Positions 9,401 to 18,623 of a stretch of 32,330 bases of DNA are shown one piece after another. Under the pieces are notes generated by a model, which worked only from the letters and a program-made list of their open reading frames with translations, was not told where the DNA came from and ran no database searches. The translations under genes and the position numbers were made by a program. Position 1 is the first letter of the stretch. Every line of letters begins with the position of its first letter. Origin of the DNA: a virus (Duplodnaviria; Caudoviricetes); the IMG/VR virus record IMGVR_UViG_3300036886_000049, positions 1-32,330 of that record. The stretch is one strand, 5' to 3'.

Positions 9401-11186
9401 CGTCGCTCACGGTCGTCTTCTTCGCTGTCTCGGCTTCGAGCTGGGCGGCGTAGGGATCCTCGGCAGGCTTCACTTCGGGGAGTTGGGGTTCCCTGTCCAC
9501 GATGTCCCCGATGGTCTGCTTCGCCTGCATCTCGCGCGTTGCAGCCTCGATGGGGTGCTGAGGGATCTCCGCGGCCTTCGCCTTCTCCGTGGCCGCCTTC
9601 ACGGCTTCCTCGAAGCGCGCTTCCTGGGCCTGCTTGGCGAGTTCCCGGTCGGCCGCTGCGGAGACGGCGTTCTCGATGTGCGTCTGGACCATCGAGCGAA
9701 GCGCCTCGTGGGCGCCAACGGCACCGCCGGCCACGAGGAACTGGCCTACCGCTCCTTCGGTGATCTCGGTGGCAAGCTCCCCGGCGCTCTTCAGCTTCGT
9801 CTTGCCGTACTCGTTTGCCTGCTCCTCATGGAGAAGCTGGGCATAGGCGTCAGCGTGCTCTGGGTTGTCGAAGATTCCGAGATGTTTCCCTGTCTTGTGG
9901 TACAGAGCGATGGCCTGATCGTCAGTGAGATGTTTTCCGTCGTCACTGATTGTCGGGACAAGGATCTCCTTGCCGCGCTCCTCGAATGACATCGACTCCA
10001 CGGTGCTGATTGAGCCATCCTCATTCTGTACCGTTGGGCGAGCGTGGATGTCGATATTTCCGGGAGTGAGAAGGCCCGGTGATTTTGCGAGTCGAGCTTC
10101 CTGAGCCTTCGCCTGCTGGTCCTTCAGCCTGTTTGAGAGCGAGGCCGCCACTTCGGGAAGCGCGGCGTTCGCCGTCGCCATCCCCACCGCCATGAGCCCC
10201 TGCTTCCCGAACGCCCCGGCCGTCTCTGCCGTGGCCGCATCCATCCCGAGGGTTGTACCCAGCTTCCCGGCGGCAGCTTTCGGGATCGCCGTGGCCGCGG
10301 TCTTGTCGATCGCTCCGTTGAGCATGGGACGAATCACGCCGTCGATGAGAGCGTCCCCAACAGGCTTTGAGGCTTCCTGCCCGATTGGGATTGCCATGAG
10401 GCCGATCTGGAGAGCGCCAAGGCCCGTGGCGGCCATGCGGGCGTAGGTGGGGTCCACTCCGCGGTCGATGAGGCTCCCATAGGATCCGCCCACGAGGGAT
10501 CCGAACACCTTCTGGGATTCCCCCACGGCGGCTTCGAGGAAGTGCGTCTTGGGGTTCATGCCCAGCGTCTTCGCCAAAAGCTCACCGCTGAGGATTGAAA
10601 GGCCCGTGTAGGCAACGGTGTCGGTGGCGTGCTCCACCTGATAGCCGAGTTGGAAGGCGATCCCTGCGGCCTGCTGAGGGAGCCACCCCAGCGTAGGCCC
10701 CAGCTCGGCCTGCTGCTTCTTCACGGCAGAACGCGCGTCCTTCGTGGCTTGACTGTCATCGCCGAGGAACATCTTGCCCGCGAGATCCGCATCCTGGGCC
10801 GCGAGCTGCTGGCCCTTGAACGTGTTCTGGACCTTCTGGAATATCGTGGCCGGCGTCTGCCCTTTCACCGAGTCACCGTAGATGTGCTGCGTCACGGCGT
10901 CGAAGTTCTGGTGGACATCCACGGGATGGATCTTCAGCCAGTCGCCAATGGCCTTCGAAGCCTGGATCTTCGCATCGGCCTGAGCGGGATCCGGGGAGAG
11001 CGCCATCACGTTCTGGCGGGCCTGCTCGGGATTTGGGGCAGAGTACGCCGTAGGGACATCGCCCACCGGGAGCTGCGGCTGGTTTGGGACCTTCGGCTCC
11101 GGGTTCGGCGGGGCATACGCGGGAGCCGGGGCTACCGCTGTCGCCGACCCGGGCTCAGGATTCGGAGCGTCGTACTGGTCGCTCAC
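6402..11186 (-). CDS. Large internal virion (ejection) protein, 1594 aa
   Basis: Size, Ala/Lys/Glu-rich helical composition, position as third ejection gene before the tail fibre. Confidence 0.75.
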   Translation of the reverse strand: MSDQYDAPNPEPGSATAVAPAPAYAPPNPEPKVPNQPQLPVGDVPTAYSAPNPEQARQNVMALSPDPAQADAKIQASKAIGDWLKIHPVDVHQNFDAVTQHIYGDSVKGQTPATIFQKVQNTFKGQQLAAQDADLAGKMFLGDDSQATKDARSAVKKQQAELGPTLGWLPQQAAGIAFQLGYQVEHATDTVAYTGLSILSGELLAKTLGMNPKTHFLEAAVGESQKVFGSLVGGSYGSLIDRGVDPTYARMAATGLGALQIGLMAIPIGQEASKPVGDALIDGVIRPMLNGAIDKTAATAIPKAAAGKLGTTLGMDAATAETAGAFGKQGLMAVGMATANAALPEVAASLSNRLKDQQAKAQEARLAKSPGLLTPGNIDIHARPTVQNEDGSISTVESMSFEERGKEILVPTISDDGKHLTDDQAIALYHKTGKHLGIFDNPEHADAYAQLLHEEQANEYGKTKLKSAGELATEITEGAVGQFLVAGGAVGAHEALRSMVQTHIENAVSAAADRELAKQAQEARFEEAVKAATEKAKAAEIPQHPIEAATREMQAKQTIGDIVDREPQLPEVKPAEDPYAAQLEAETAKKTTVSDEQLKAMLDKAKEAHGEDIKMPGVTKDWHDAVRMDPNDEGKAVLWYNDAEGGTHAIVEPLEAKATERPSTGNGGVTNPEPATRPVTPAMSEEQGRVLDEATRSEEGTSDYIERRPDVQALNKKISDLQLAVDQGKTEGKAALEAARAEKTAAVKSLRDQIKTRAQTNKDLADIKAVVAGAKYMNRDLGDAVKALGEKLDLKGKTSKANLTKDYLSELSAVHDALVAEPDRGPTIDLGKLKDLSRVKARDLSPEDLSDVTDALKNLAWVQRMRDKVQDTGKAIELDGLRKEATEKVQGLKFNAEEQARADSGARAPLARKSKEFWRDAKSTGNTGFAGYDFNAQRVFGGKDTENYRIVSRNLLQADLRREPHANALLSPVMDDWLSKDMGINRRTQPLKYIKYATEQFTEDGFTLDRGDIMSAYMHYQAENNKASLLSGAAIASSIDPNRVIQIPDETYQKFFSHLDPKEIKMMKEIAARDLLKAGDERAKEFENRYGYPMSREQNYWPKNVVRDADVRSDIEALRKSMRWVRAAPDESHSIERTGAKGPIRLRNFFEVYPEVMADTAHVVEMGPVVGEAGKILWDPKISETVKQRQGAPVLNGMRDDLKFMAGQGNTSQWWEKGMDGLGNVITSINLANNVKSAIKQALLAGRSFTEVRADAWLKGAAYVATHPRKAQEAAEAVSMFVSTARRKGGTLEQSQMLNTEGGLQTFKAVRTQVKKAGMFLNKKGTQLSFLIDAHAAIQHSMIEFERAEQGKPFLSDGFRSATGLSEGDVAALTPGQRMSAAGKFADQVIGETHASSARGQEIGIQKSAPTRLLTKFQSEPMKAFENMRRALMDYQQNKSTFNLTKLVKTMTFYTVAEGVIFYGLDSVWNALFGSLKGNQVQQEKRAPNLGEEEALANLNYVPVVGPIASGAITRTKFPSAYTGNVGGSVEDLIGQTLDALAKLHQGEKLNEMQRANAMQKFVDGVTDIGLGVFGTSIKSPRSVARGIEQRLEK

Positions 11187-13153
11187 TTACTCACCACCGG
11201 CCACTTCGTCACGTCAGACCCGGCCTTGAACTGTGCGGCCTTCACCGCGTGCCACTGGCCGTTGCCGTTGGCATCCACCGCGTAGGCGTAGACGTTCCCC
11301 CCCGCGCTGTGGAGGTACTGCTGGCCGCTTGCGTCGTGCTGATCGACCTTCGTGACTTTAACTCCAAGATTCTTGGTGAGGTCGTTCTGGAGGACTGTGG
11401 AGAACCGCTTCAGCGTCGGCTGGAAGCCCTCCGTCTGCGACATCTCCCCGATCTCTCCGCGCTGGATGCGCCCCTGGAGATCGTTCATGGCGCCGCGGTC
11501 CTGGGCACCGAAGAATACCTGGTTGAGGATTCCCTCGGTGGAGAACATCTTCCCCACTTCCTTGTTGAGCACCTTGTCCGTCGTCACGGCTTTGATATGG
11601 TCCACCGCAGAGTAGATGTCCTCCAGAGTGGGAGGCTTTCCCTGCGCTGCTTTGTCCCGGTACCACTGGTCGAGCATCATCGTGGCCGCCACTCCCTGCT
11701 CGCGCGGTACCAGTCCCGGGGCTCCGGTCACGGGGTTTGGTGAGGACCACGAGTTGATCATTGATTTCGCGTCGTGGAGAGTGGGGTCGTCGTCTCGCCG
11801 GTTCTTCAGGAGGTAGTCCAACTCCTCGCCGTCGATCTTGATGACCTTTCCCTTGTCCGGCCCGTCCGGGACGGTATAGCCTCCCTCCTTGAACGCCTGA
11901 CGGAATATCGCACCCTTGTCCAGCTTCTCGGAGGAAGGCTCTGAATCGAGGAGGAGGAGATAGGGAGGGATGCGATTGGCGAGCGGTCCCTTCGGGGGCT
12001 CCTTCTCGTCTTTGATGCGAGCCTGGATGAAGCTGTATTCTTTTTCGTAATCCGTGTTGGCTGCGAACTTCTGGTCTTTGTCGGAGAACCAGCGCAGCGT
12101 GTCCTCCCACGAGTTGCCGGCCTGATTGTAGGCATCGACGGAGTTGCTCATCTTCTGATTGTCGATTTTCGCCTTGGAGTCCAGATAGGACATCGCCGCC
12201 TTCATCGTGGCTTCCTGGCGGAAGCCCGGGACCTGGCTCACGAGTTGGTCGAGGGCCTGGCTGTAGATCATGCCTCCCTCGTCGTGCGCCTTCACCGCGG
12301 AGTCGATGACCTTCTGGTTCCACTGCGACTGCTCGCCGGCGTCTACTGCTTTCACCTGGTTGGTGAGTTGCACACGATCCTTCTCGGCTATATCTCCTCG
12401 CATTCCAAGCTCTGCCAGAGCCGCATCAGATCCTTTCTCTTGAACCGTCTGGAGAAGACTCTTTGAGAGCATCCCAAGTTGGGCCGCGGCCTTTGCCGCA
12501 TCTACCTTCTCGGCAAGAACCTGCGGGTGGTAGAAGTTGCTGTAGGTGGGGTTGGAGCCGAAGGCATCGAGCAAATCGGTCTTCCCCGTCCTTATCGCAT
12601 CTTGGGTCGCGTACTGAAGTGCTCTGTCCACTCCCGCCTTGCCGTCATCAAGGGCCTGTTTGGTTGCCTCAGCGTATGCAGATTTGTGTGCTTCCACTGC
12701 CGTACTCGTGAAGTTCTCCATCGCGTACTTAACGAGGTCGGGAAAAGCCTTGTACTTTTCTGCGATGTTCTGCTGCTGCTCATCGAGATACTTCTGGAAG
12801 TCCGGGTTGAGTTTCAAGGAGCGCATCGGAGCTGTGTTTCCGTTGTCGTCTATGCCTTCGCTGGTGATGAAGTCGTAGCCCTTCCCTGGCCCCTGGTGAA
12901 CGAGGTCGATGGCCTTCGCGTTGGCTCCCTCTTTCGCGTGAAGGAGGTCTGCCTGCATGTTCACGAAAGCTGCGTCCTGGGATACTTGGTGGAGGTATTG
13001 ACCAGCCTTTGAAAGTATCTCTGCTCCAGACTTTATTAAGTCACTGGAGTTTTTCTGGTTTTGCTCGGTCGCTCGAAGCAGTCCGGAGTAATCAATGCGT
13101 TCAGCTTGGAGGCTTGGAGTTGCGGGAATAGTGAAATCGTCAAGTCCTGCCAT
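11183..13153 (-). CDS. Internal virion protein, 656 aa
   Basis: Helical; synteny with T7 gp15-like position. Confidence 0.7.
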   Translation of the reverse strand: MAGLDDFTIPATPSLQAERIDYSGLLRATEQNQKNSSDLIKSGAEILSKAGQYLHQVSQDAAFVNMQADLLHAKEGANAKAIDLVHQGPGKGYDFITSEGIDDNGNTAPMRSLKLNPDFQKYLDEQQQNIAEKYKAFPDLVKYAMENFTSTAVEAHKSAYAEATKQALDDGKAGVDRALQYATQDAIRTGKTDLLDAFGSNPTYSNFYHPQVLAEKVDAAKAAAQLGMLSKSLLQTVQEKGSDAALAELGMRGDIAEKDRVQLTNQVKAVDAGEQSQWNQKVIDSAVKAHDEGGMIYSQALDQLVSQVPGFRQEATMKAAMSYLDSKAKIDNQKMSNSVDAYNQAGNSWEDTLRWFSDKDQKFAANTDYEKEYSFIQARIKDEKEPPKGPLANRIPPYLLLLDSEPSSEKLDKGAIFRQAFKEGGYTVPDGPDKGKVIKIDGEELDYLLKNRRDDDPTLHDAKSMINSWSSPNPVTGAPGLVPREQGVAATMMLDQWYRDKAAQGKPPTLEDIYSAVDHIKAVTTDKVLNKEVGKMFSTEGILNQVFFGAQDRGAMNDLQGRIQRGEIGEMSQTEGFQPTLKRFSTVLQNDLTKNLGVKVTKVDQHDASGQQYLHSAGGNVYAYAVDANGNGQWHAVKAAQFKAGSDVTKWPVVSK

Positions 13154-13597
13154 CTATCCCCCCAGCCCAAGCCCGAGGAACCCACCATGCCCGAAGAGTC
13201 CTCCTGTTTGTGTGGCATCAGCCGTAGCTTTTGCTACCTCAAGTTGGCCTTCGGCTTTCGTCTTCTCCAATTCAAGTTGGTTCACAAGGACTTCATAGCC
13301 TGTGTCGTACAGGCTTTTCTGCTGAGTATATGCAGCGGCACTTGAGGTGGGCTGACCTGATCCTCCCGTGTCAATTCCCCTCATGCCCATCGCGGCAAGG
13401 CGGTTGCCAAGGGTTTGTGCCTCGCCGGTCTTATACTCTGTTTTTTTTGCCTCTGAATACTGAGGGAAGAAGTCCAGGTACTTCTGGTAGACGGCCATGT
13501 CGGATTCGGCCGCTTGGTGTCCTGCTTTTGTGGCAGATTTATCTCCAAAGAGGTCAGTAAGCAAATCGATACCGAGTTTGACAAAGTAATCGCTCAT
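13154..13597 (-). CDS. Small internal virion protein
   Basis: Gly-rich hydrophobic C-terminus, Ala/Gln helix; follows tail tube B (gp14-like position). Confidence 0.6.
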   Translation of the reverse strand: MSDYFVKLGIDLLTDLFGDKSATKAGHQAAESDMAVYQKYLDFFPQYSEAKKTEYKTGEAQTLGNRLAAMGMRGIDTGGSGQPTSSAAAYTQQKSLYDTGYEVLVNQLELEKTKAEGQLEVAKATADATQTGGLFGHGGFLGLGLGG

Positions 13598-15483
13598 ACT
13601 TCAACCAACTTGTAGCGCGCCGTGATCGACACGAGGTTGAAAGGAACAGGGTCCACGATGGCGACGTACACCCCCTGATTGTCGTCGATCTGCATGGGGA
13701 GGTTGTCAACGGGGATGAATCCCGACTTCATCGCCGGGGGGTTCCCGTAGGTCATCACACCGAGGATCTGGAGCTTGTCCCAGAAGTTGATCAGCGTCTC
13801 TCCGGGGTTTCCCAGGGGATCGCTCGGAGCCGTCTGCCCAACCCACCCGCCGAGGGATTTGTATACCTTCAGCCAAGCCTTCTCGATTGAGCGCAGCAAC
13901 CCCAGTGCCCCACCCTTCGCGGGAAGTATCGGGATGAGATCCCACCACGCCGAGTAATACGGGAATCCTACCTGGAGCTTCTTCACCGGCTGAGTGTAGT
14001 CGATGACCCCACCCCCCGAACAGGTGACCAGCGGCATCACCCTTCCGTCTCCGAATCCCGCCACCTGCTGAGTACCGAGCGGGGAAGGAAGGCCGGTGAA
14101 GTGGGTGGTGCCAACGCCCCCGGGCGTCTGTGTCTGCCCGCAGTCCAGGTAGAAGCTGTCTTCCTGAGCGGTGGTGTTGATGTCGTCAAGGTACAGGTAC
14201 TCGATGGAGACGGTGGTGCCGCGCACCACGGCGAGCCAGAGCTCATCGTAATTGGTACCGGAGAGGACGCACCCTCCCGCCACCTTGCCAGAGCCCCCAA
14301 TCTGGTGCTGGGAAAATCCGCAGCCGGCGTTCACGATGAACCCTGTGTCCTGCTGCTTCACGTTCGCAGAGACGATCGTGCCGTCAGCCATGCGGATCCA
14401 CGCGATGGGCTCGGGTCGAAGCGTAACCCAGAAGTCCACGGCGACGCGGGACATGAGGTGCTCGGCGTGGTCGGACAGCGGTGCGTCTGAGAAAAATCCC
14501 CTCTGGAGCGAGAGGATGAGGCTGCGCAGCGTCTTTCCATCCGCGCCAAGATAGAGGTTGACGTTGACTACAGGGACCGGCCGCGAGTTGGCAAGAGCCC
14601 CGTAGCTGGCGCTCTTCTTCATCCAGTAGGTAGCGGGAGTTGGGGGGGTACCTGTTACCCCATCAGGGTACATCCATGTGGACTTGTCGGTTCCCGCCAG
14701 AAGGGACTGCGTTGCCAGGAGCCAGAGAACGCGCGAGGCGTTCATGTCGTTCTGGAGGAGGTAGATGGCGTCTGCCGCGGCCGGGGAAGCTGGGATCGTG
14801 AAGATGAGATAGGTCTGCGCCGTCCCGGGAGCAGGGAGCGTGCAGGCGTACTGTGCCGTGGGGTTGGTGTTGGTGCCCGTCAGGAAGAGGCGGCCCGCGT
14901 AGAACTCTCCAGCCCCGGGATAGTGATTCAGGCTGCCGAACGTCTCGGGTGTCCCTGCCGTAGTATTGGTGAACGTCGGCTGGCTTGCCGACCAGGCCCC
15001 GCTTCCGTCAGAGGCGGCGTTCACGATCTCGCAGACGGGGCAGCCCCCCGCGGTACCCGTTGCCGTCCCCGACATGAAGAGCCAGAGCGTTCCGTTCGTC
15101 GATGCGTGGTTGATCGCCGGAAGGTCCGCGAGGGCATAGGCGGGAACGTTCGTGGTGATCGTGGTGACGTAGGCGTGCGTGGCTTGGGAGAACACGTAGA
15201 TCGTGGCTACTCCGGAGACGAGGCAGATGACCAGCGCGAACTGCTGGCCGTACTTCGCGGTGAACTTGACCATGCGGACAACCTGAGAGTCCGCGGGCAC
15301 CACGTAGGAGAAGCGCGTCCCGGGGCGCCGCCGCCAGCCCCCACCCGCGCGCGGGAGCACGTTATACATGAGGGCCGAACCCGTCTTGTACTCGGGGGAT
15401 TCCACTCGGCCCTGGAAGGTCGGAGCTATCTCGCCGTAGCCGAAGTCACCCTTCGTTACCTCATGGACATCGAGATCGCTCAT
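13594..15483 (-). CDS. Tail tubular protein B / nozzle (T7 gp12-like)
   Basis: F.YGEIAP...GR...Y..G...N..P...GG..RRPGT.F N-terminus, YLDCG, VGFPY motifs. Confidence 0.85.
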   Translation of the reverse strand: MSDLDVHEVTKGDFGYGEIAPTFQGRVESPEYKTGSALMYNVLPRAGGGWRRRPGTRFSYVVPADSQVVRMVKFTAKYGQQFALVICLVSGVATIYVFSQATHAYVTTITTNVPAYALADLPAINHASTNGTLWLFMSGTATGTAGGCPVCEIVNAASDGSGAWSASQPTFTNTTAGTPETFGSLNHYPGAGEFYAGRLFLTGTNTNPTAQYACTLPAPGTAQTYLIFTIPASPAAADAIYLLQNDMNASRVLWLLATQSLLAGTDKSTWMYPDGVTGTPPTPATYWMKKSASYGALANSRPVPVVNVNLYLGADGKTLRSLILSLQRGFFSDAPLSDHAEHLMSRVAVDFWVTLRPEPIAWIRMADGTIVSANVKQQDTGFIVNAGCGFSQHQIGGSGKVAGGCVLSGTNYDELWLAVVRGTTVSIEYLYLDDINTTAQEDSFYLDCGQTQTPGGVGTTHFTGLPSPLGTQQVAGFGDGRVMPLVTCSGGGVIDYTQPVKKLQVGFPYYSAWWDLIPILPAKGGALGLLRSIEKAWLKVYKSLGGWVGQTAPSDPLGNPGETLINFWDKLQILGVMTYGNPPAMKSGFIPVDNLPMQIDDNQGVYVAIVDPVPFNLVSITARYKLVEV

Positions 15484-15486
15484 GGC

Positions 15487-16203
15487 CTACGCGAACCTGT
15501 TCGGGTCTGAGAGATCGCCTTCGGTCGAGGAGTCGCCGCCCCGGGTGTCCTCGTAATACTTGTAGCCGCGGACGCCGCTGCCCTGGAAGGTCATCTTCAT
15601 CTTGTCGTCGTTGGCGATGGCATTGCGCAGGGATGAGTCGGCGCTCTTCTCCAGGATCTTCAGGAGCGACGGGTTCTGACGCATCGGCATACAGAGGCCG
15701 CAGGCAAGCTGGTCGTGGACCGCGTGAAGGAACCAGTCGGGGAGCGTTGCCGCATCCTCGTTGTAGAGGAGCCGCTGGTACTTCAGGTAGACCGCCGTTG
15801 CGTTGGTGAGAATCCACCGATCCTCTCGCGCCCACGGCATACTGGAAAGGGTGTCGTCGTCGGAGATCGTCGTCCCGGCTGGAACCGCGTTGATGGCAAT
15901 CACCCCGTCCTGCTGGAAGTCGGAGCAGTCGTTGGGAAGCGCGTAGGCGTAGAGATAGCCGTAGGCGGGAACGTAGTTTCCGTCCACGACGAGCTGGGCG
16001 CGCTTCCTCAGCACGCACCAGTCGTCGTTGGCCGCCAGTACGGCCGTGATGGCATCGGGGAGCAGGTCCGCGCAGATGGCGGAGTTGGGGTCGGTCCCGC
16101 CAATGGCCGAGATTCGGTCCTTCCCCACCGCCCGAAGTGCAGTGTTGCACACCGAAACCCAGGACGCCCCGGGGGATGCTCCAACTATGGGCGTCTGGGC
16201 CAT
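15487..16203 (-). CDS. Tail tubular protein A / adaptor (T7 gp11-like)
   Basis: VCNTALRAVG..I...W....KRAQL..YLYAYALPNDC motifs. Confidence 0.8.
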   Translation of the reverse strand: MAQTPIVGASPGASWVSVCNTALRAVGKDRISAIGGTDPNSAICADLLPDAITAVLAANDDWCVLRKRAQLVVDGNYVPAYGYLYAYALPNDCSDFQQDGVIAINAVPAGTTISDDDTLSSMPWAREDRWILTNATAVYLKYQRLLYNEDAATLPDWFLHAVHDQLACGLCMPMRQNPSLLKILEKSADSSLRNAIANDDKMKMTFQGSGVRGYKYYEDTRGGDSSTEGDLSDPNRFA

Positions 16204-16210
16204 GTGTGTC

Positions 16211-16813
16211 CTACGCCTCCACCGGGACCTTCCCGGCCTTCTTCTTGGCTCGGGCCGCGGCCAGCCGCTCGCCTGCGGCCTTCCTGGCCTCGGCGCTCAT
16301 GGGCTTGCGGGTGCCCTTCTTGGCGGCGGGAGCGGGCCGCGCCGCGGAAGCCGCCGGCTTCTCGGGCCTCTTCAGAGTGATCGGGCCGCTGGCCTCGTAG
16401 GTCAACTGGTCCTGTCCCGCGATGACCTCCTCGGTCGTTTTCTTATTGCGCATGAGAGTCGGCCTGGTGATGGCAACGACGCCGTGGGGAAGTGTGAACT
16501 TGCCCTCGCCGGTCTTGGCGACCAGCCTGTCGTTGGCCTCTTCCTCCGCGGTGAGCTTCCGGTAGGGAAGGACACGCGCGTCCACGATGTCGCACAACTC
16601 GTCGTTGTGGGCCTCCACCCATGCCGCGGCGGCCTCGTCCCCGTACTCGAAGACCTCGGGGAACAGGCCGATGGCCGTCAGGCGGCGAAGCTGGGCCTCG
16701 TCGATGTCGTAGATGCGCTCCCGCCGGTAGTTGTGCGTGATCGGGGTCTCGCGCTTGGAAAGGTGCTGGCGGTCTCCGCTGTCGATGGCGTCGTCGATGC
16801 AGATGAACTTCAT
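16211..16813 (-). CDS. Hypothetical protein with basic C-terminal tail
   Basis: ACGGAGG RBS before ATG 16813 (MKFICIDD); ends RKPMSAEARKAAGERLAAARAKKK. Confidence 0.7.
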   Translation of the reverse strand: MKFICIDDAIDSGDRQHLSKRETPITHNYRRERIYDIDEAQLRRLTAIGLFPEVFEYGDEAAAAWVEAHNDELCDIVDARVLPYRKLTAEEEANDRLVAKTGEGKFTLPHGVVAITRPTLMRNKKTTEEVIAGQDQLTYEASGPITLKRPEKPAASAARPAPAAKKGTRKPMSAEARKAAGERLAAARAKKKAGKVPVEA

Positions 16814-16838
16814 CAGATCCTCCGTTGGATACAAGAGA

Positions 16839-16862
16839 TGGCCCCCTCATACGAGAGGGCCA
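16839..16862 (-). terminator. Hairpin after capsid/cement genes (weak terminator or stabiliser)
   Basis: TGGCCCTCTC-gtat-GAGGGGGCCA, poor U-tract. Confidence 0.4.
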
Positions 16863-16892
16863 CCCGAGTATACCGATTCGGAATCGCGGTTT

Positions 16893-17372
16893 CTACAGGT
16901 TGTTCCCGCCGAGGGTCACAGCCAGCGCGGCCCGTGCGCCGTGCTCGAAGAACACCTCGAAGGTGTTGGACGTGTAGGACCCGCTGGACTTCGCCGTCAG
17001 CCCCTGGCTGAAGTAGCGCCGCACCGTCTCCGGTGCCCGGTGCCTCCACTCCTGCCCGATGGGCCACACGATGCCCGTGGTCGTCGGGGCGTAGGTGGCA
17101 ACGTAGGCCAGGGTCGAGTTCATGGCCGCCACGGTGTCGTCCGCGATGAACGGGATGATGTAGTCCGCCGCGTTGAAGGCGCCAAGGGCGCGCCACACCG
17201 CGTACAGGTCCCGGTCCAGGGTGTGCCGCGTGAAGCGGCTCAGGGTGGACATCGCCCCCATGTCGATGTAGGTCGTTCCGACCGCACCCGCCGGGTAGTA
17301 GTCGGTGTCCTTGGTCGTCGGGGAGATCGTCGCGTTGGCGATCGGTCCGTAGGAAAAGATTGCGTCTCTCAT
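16893..17372 (-). CDS. Capsid cement/decoration-like protein (BPP-1 Bbp16-like position)
   Basis: Start re-called at ATG 17372 (MRDAIFSY) after GAGGAG; beta-rich, YIDMG and VRRY motifs; directly after the major capsid. Confidence 0.6.
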   Translation of the reverse strand: MRDAIFSYGPIANATISPTTKDTDYYPAGAVGTTYIDMGAMSTLSRFTRHTLDRDLYAVWRALGAFNAADYIIPFIADDTVAAMNSTLAYVATYAPTTTGIVWPIGQEWRHRAPETVRRYFSQGLTAKSSGSYTSNTFEVFFEHGARAALAVTLGGNNL

Positions 17373-17398
17373 GGTCTTTGCTCCTCTTTCCCTTCTGC

Positions 17399-18379
17399 CT
17401 ACGCCAGCGCCGTCAGGTTGTTGGGGATGCCTTCGTGCATCCGCAGCGGGATACCCGCCACGAACGTCACAGGCCCGTAGCCCTCGATCGCCTGCACGGT
17501 GAGCGCGCCGTTTGCCGTGTCGCGGTACGCCTGCGCCTCGATCTGGCCCTTGATCGTGCGGTTGACGAACAGGAAGGCGTTCCGTCCGAAGTTCTGGAGC
17601 TGGTTCTTCCCGTAGCGCACGAAGTCGGTGATCGAGAACGTGTTGGCCGCGCCGCTGGTGGCGAGGTTGGTGTAGCGCATGAGCGCCCTGTTGTTGCGCA
17701 GCACGATGCCCGCCCAGATCTGGTACAGGCGGCACCAGGCGTAGTTCTGCCCGGTCCCGGTCGGGGAGGTTACCCTCTGGCGACCGCGGTCCTCGTTGTG
17801 GAACCCGGGGGTCCCGCTGTTGGACGGGAAGGACAGGTGCAGGGTGTTCGGGGACAGCTCCATGAGCCACGCATCGGAGACGGAAGCCGCAGCCCCGCCG
17901 CTGAAAACGTAGGGAGCGCCGCCGGTGAGGGCCGCGCGCCTCATGCTCATCGAGTAGAAGTTGTCGGGTGCCAGTCCGTCGTTGCCGTACAGGAGGTTGT
18001 ACGCCCAGTCCTGGAACGCCCCCTCCATGTTCAGGCCGTCTTCGCTGTCGCGCACGGCCAGGGGGTCATCGACGCCCTGGAGGATGCGCTCGTCGATCTG
18101 CGACTCTCCCTCGTAGAGCTTCACGGGCTCTTCGATGAAGTCGCCAGTCGAGGAGATGGTGGGGATGGGCTGGTTGGCGCGGGAGAACGTGCCCGTTCCG
18201 AGGCGGCTGCCCTGGAACTGGCGGTTCATCACGCCGTGGGTCGCCTTCAGCCAGGGCATGACATCCAGGAGGTCGATGATCTGAGCGAGCTCTCCGAGAG
18301 AGGCCGCCAGATTGTCGAAGTCCTTTCGGATCATCGCCTGGGGAAGGGTCATCTGCGCAAACGCGCTGAGACCTGCCAT
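17399..18379 (-). CDS. Major capsid protein
   Basis: 326 aa; LLDVMPW, ESQIDER, LLYGN, F..GIPLR pattern of BPP-1-like HK97-fold capsids; AAGGAG RBS. Confidence 0.85.
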   Translation of the reverse strand: MAGLSAFAQMTLPQAMIRKDFDNLAASLGELAQIIDLLDVMPWLKATHGVMNRQFQGSRLGTGTFSRANQPIPTISSTGDFIEEPVKLYEGESQIDERILQGVDDPLAVRDSEDGLNMEGAFQDWAYNLLYGNDGLAPDNFYSMSMRRAALTGGAPYVFSGGAAASVSDAWLMELSPNTLHLSFPSNSGTPGFHNEDRGRQRVTSPTGTGQNYAWCRLYQIWAGIVLRNNRALMRYTNLATSGAANTFSITDFVRYGKNQLQNFGRNAFLFVNRTIKGQIEAQAYRDTANGALTVQAIEGYGPVTFVAGIPLRMHEGIPNNLTALA

Positions 18380-18543
18380 TGGTTGGCTCCTTACAGAATG
18401 CGTTTCGTGAGAAACACACCGTCCGGTTCCCAGGCAGGTCAGGGAGGATCAAGGTCCCGATTTACACGGTTCCCAAGGCCCTCTTGAACTTCGAGGTCTC
18501 TTCTGAGTGCGGGTGGAGTCCCGGCACCGCCGAGAAGCTCCTA

Positions 18544-18617
18544 TGGCTGGGATGGGATTCGAACCCATGATCTCGGGGATATGAGCCCCGCGAGGACGAC
18601 CACTCCTCTACCCAACT
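18544..18617 (-). tRNA. tRNA-Met(CAT), initiator (fMet) type; CCA not encoded
   Basis: Cloverleaf AGTTGGG-TA-GAGG..CCTC-G-CGGGG-CTCATAT-CCCCG-AGATC-ATGGG-TTCGAAT-CCCAT-CCCAGCC-A; consecutive G-C pairs in the anticodon stem, 1-72 mismatch, A11-U24. Confidence 0.92.
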
Positions 18618-18623
18618 ATGCAA

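Noticed and set aside
8187-13061. Single-spacer matches in the window (CTGCTCGG at ~8187, TCTGGTTT at 13054) as self-targets
   Set aside because: 8-mers are expected by chance and the partner spacer is not adjacent; my scan by eye was not exhaustive
18544-18617. tRNA as prophage attachment site
   Set aside because: Lies mid head module with phage genes on both sides; no integrase or duplicated 3' end in the window
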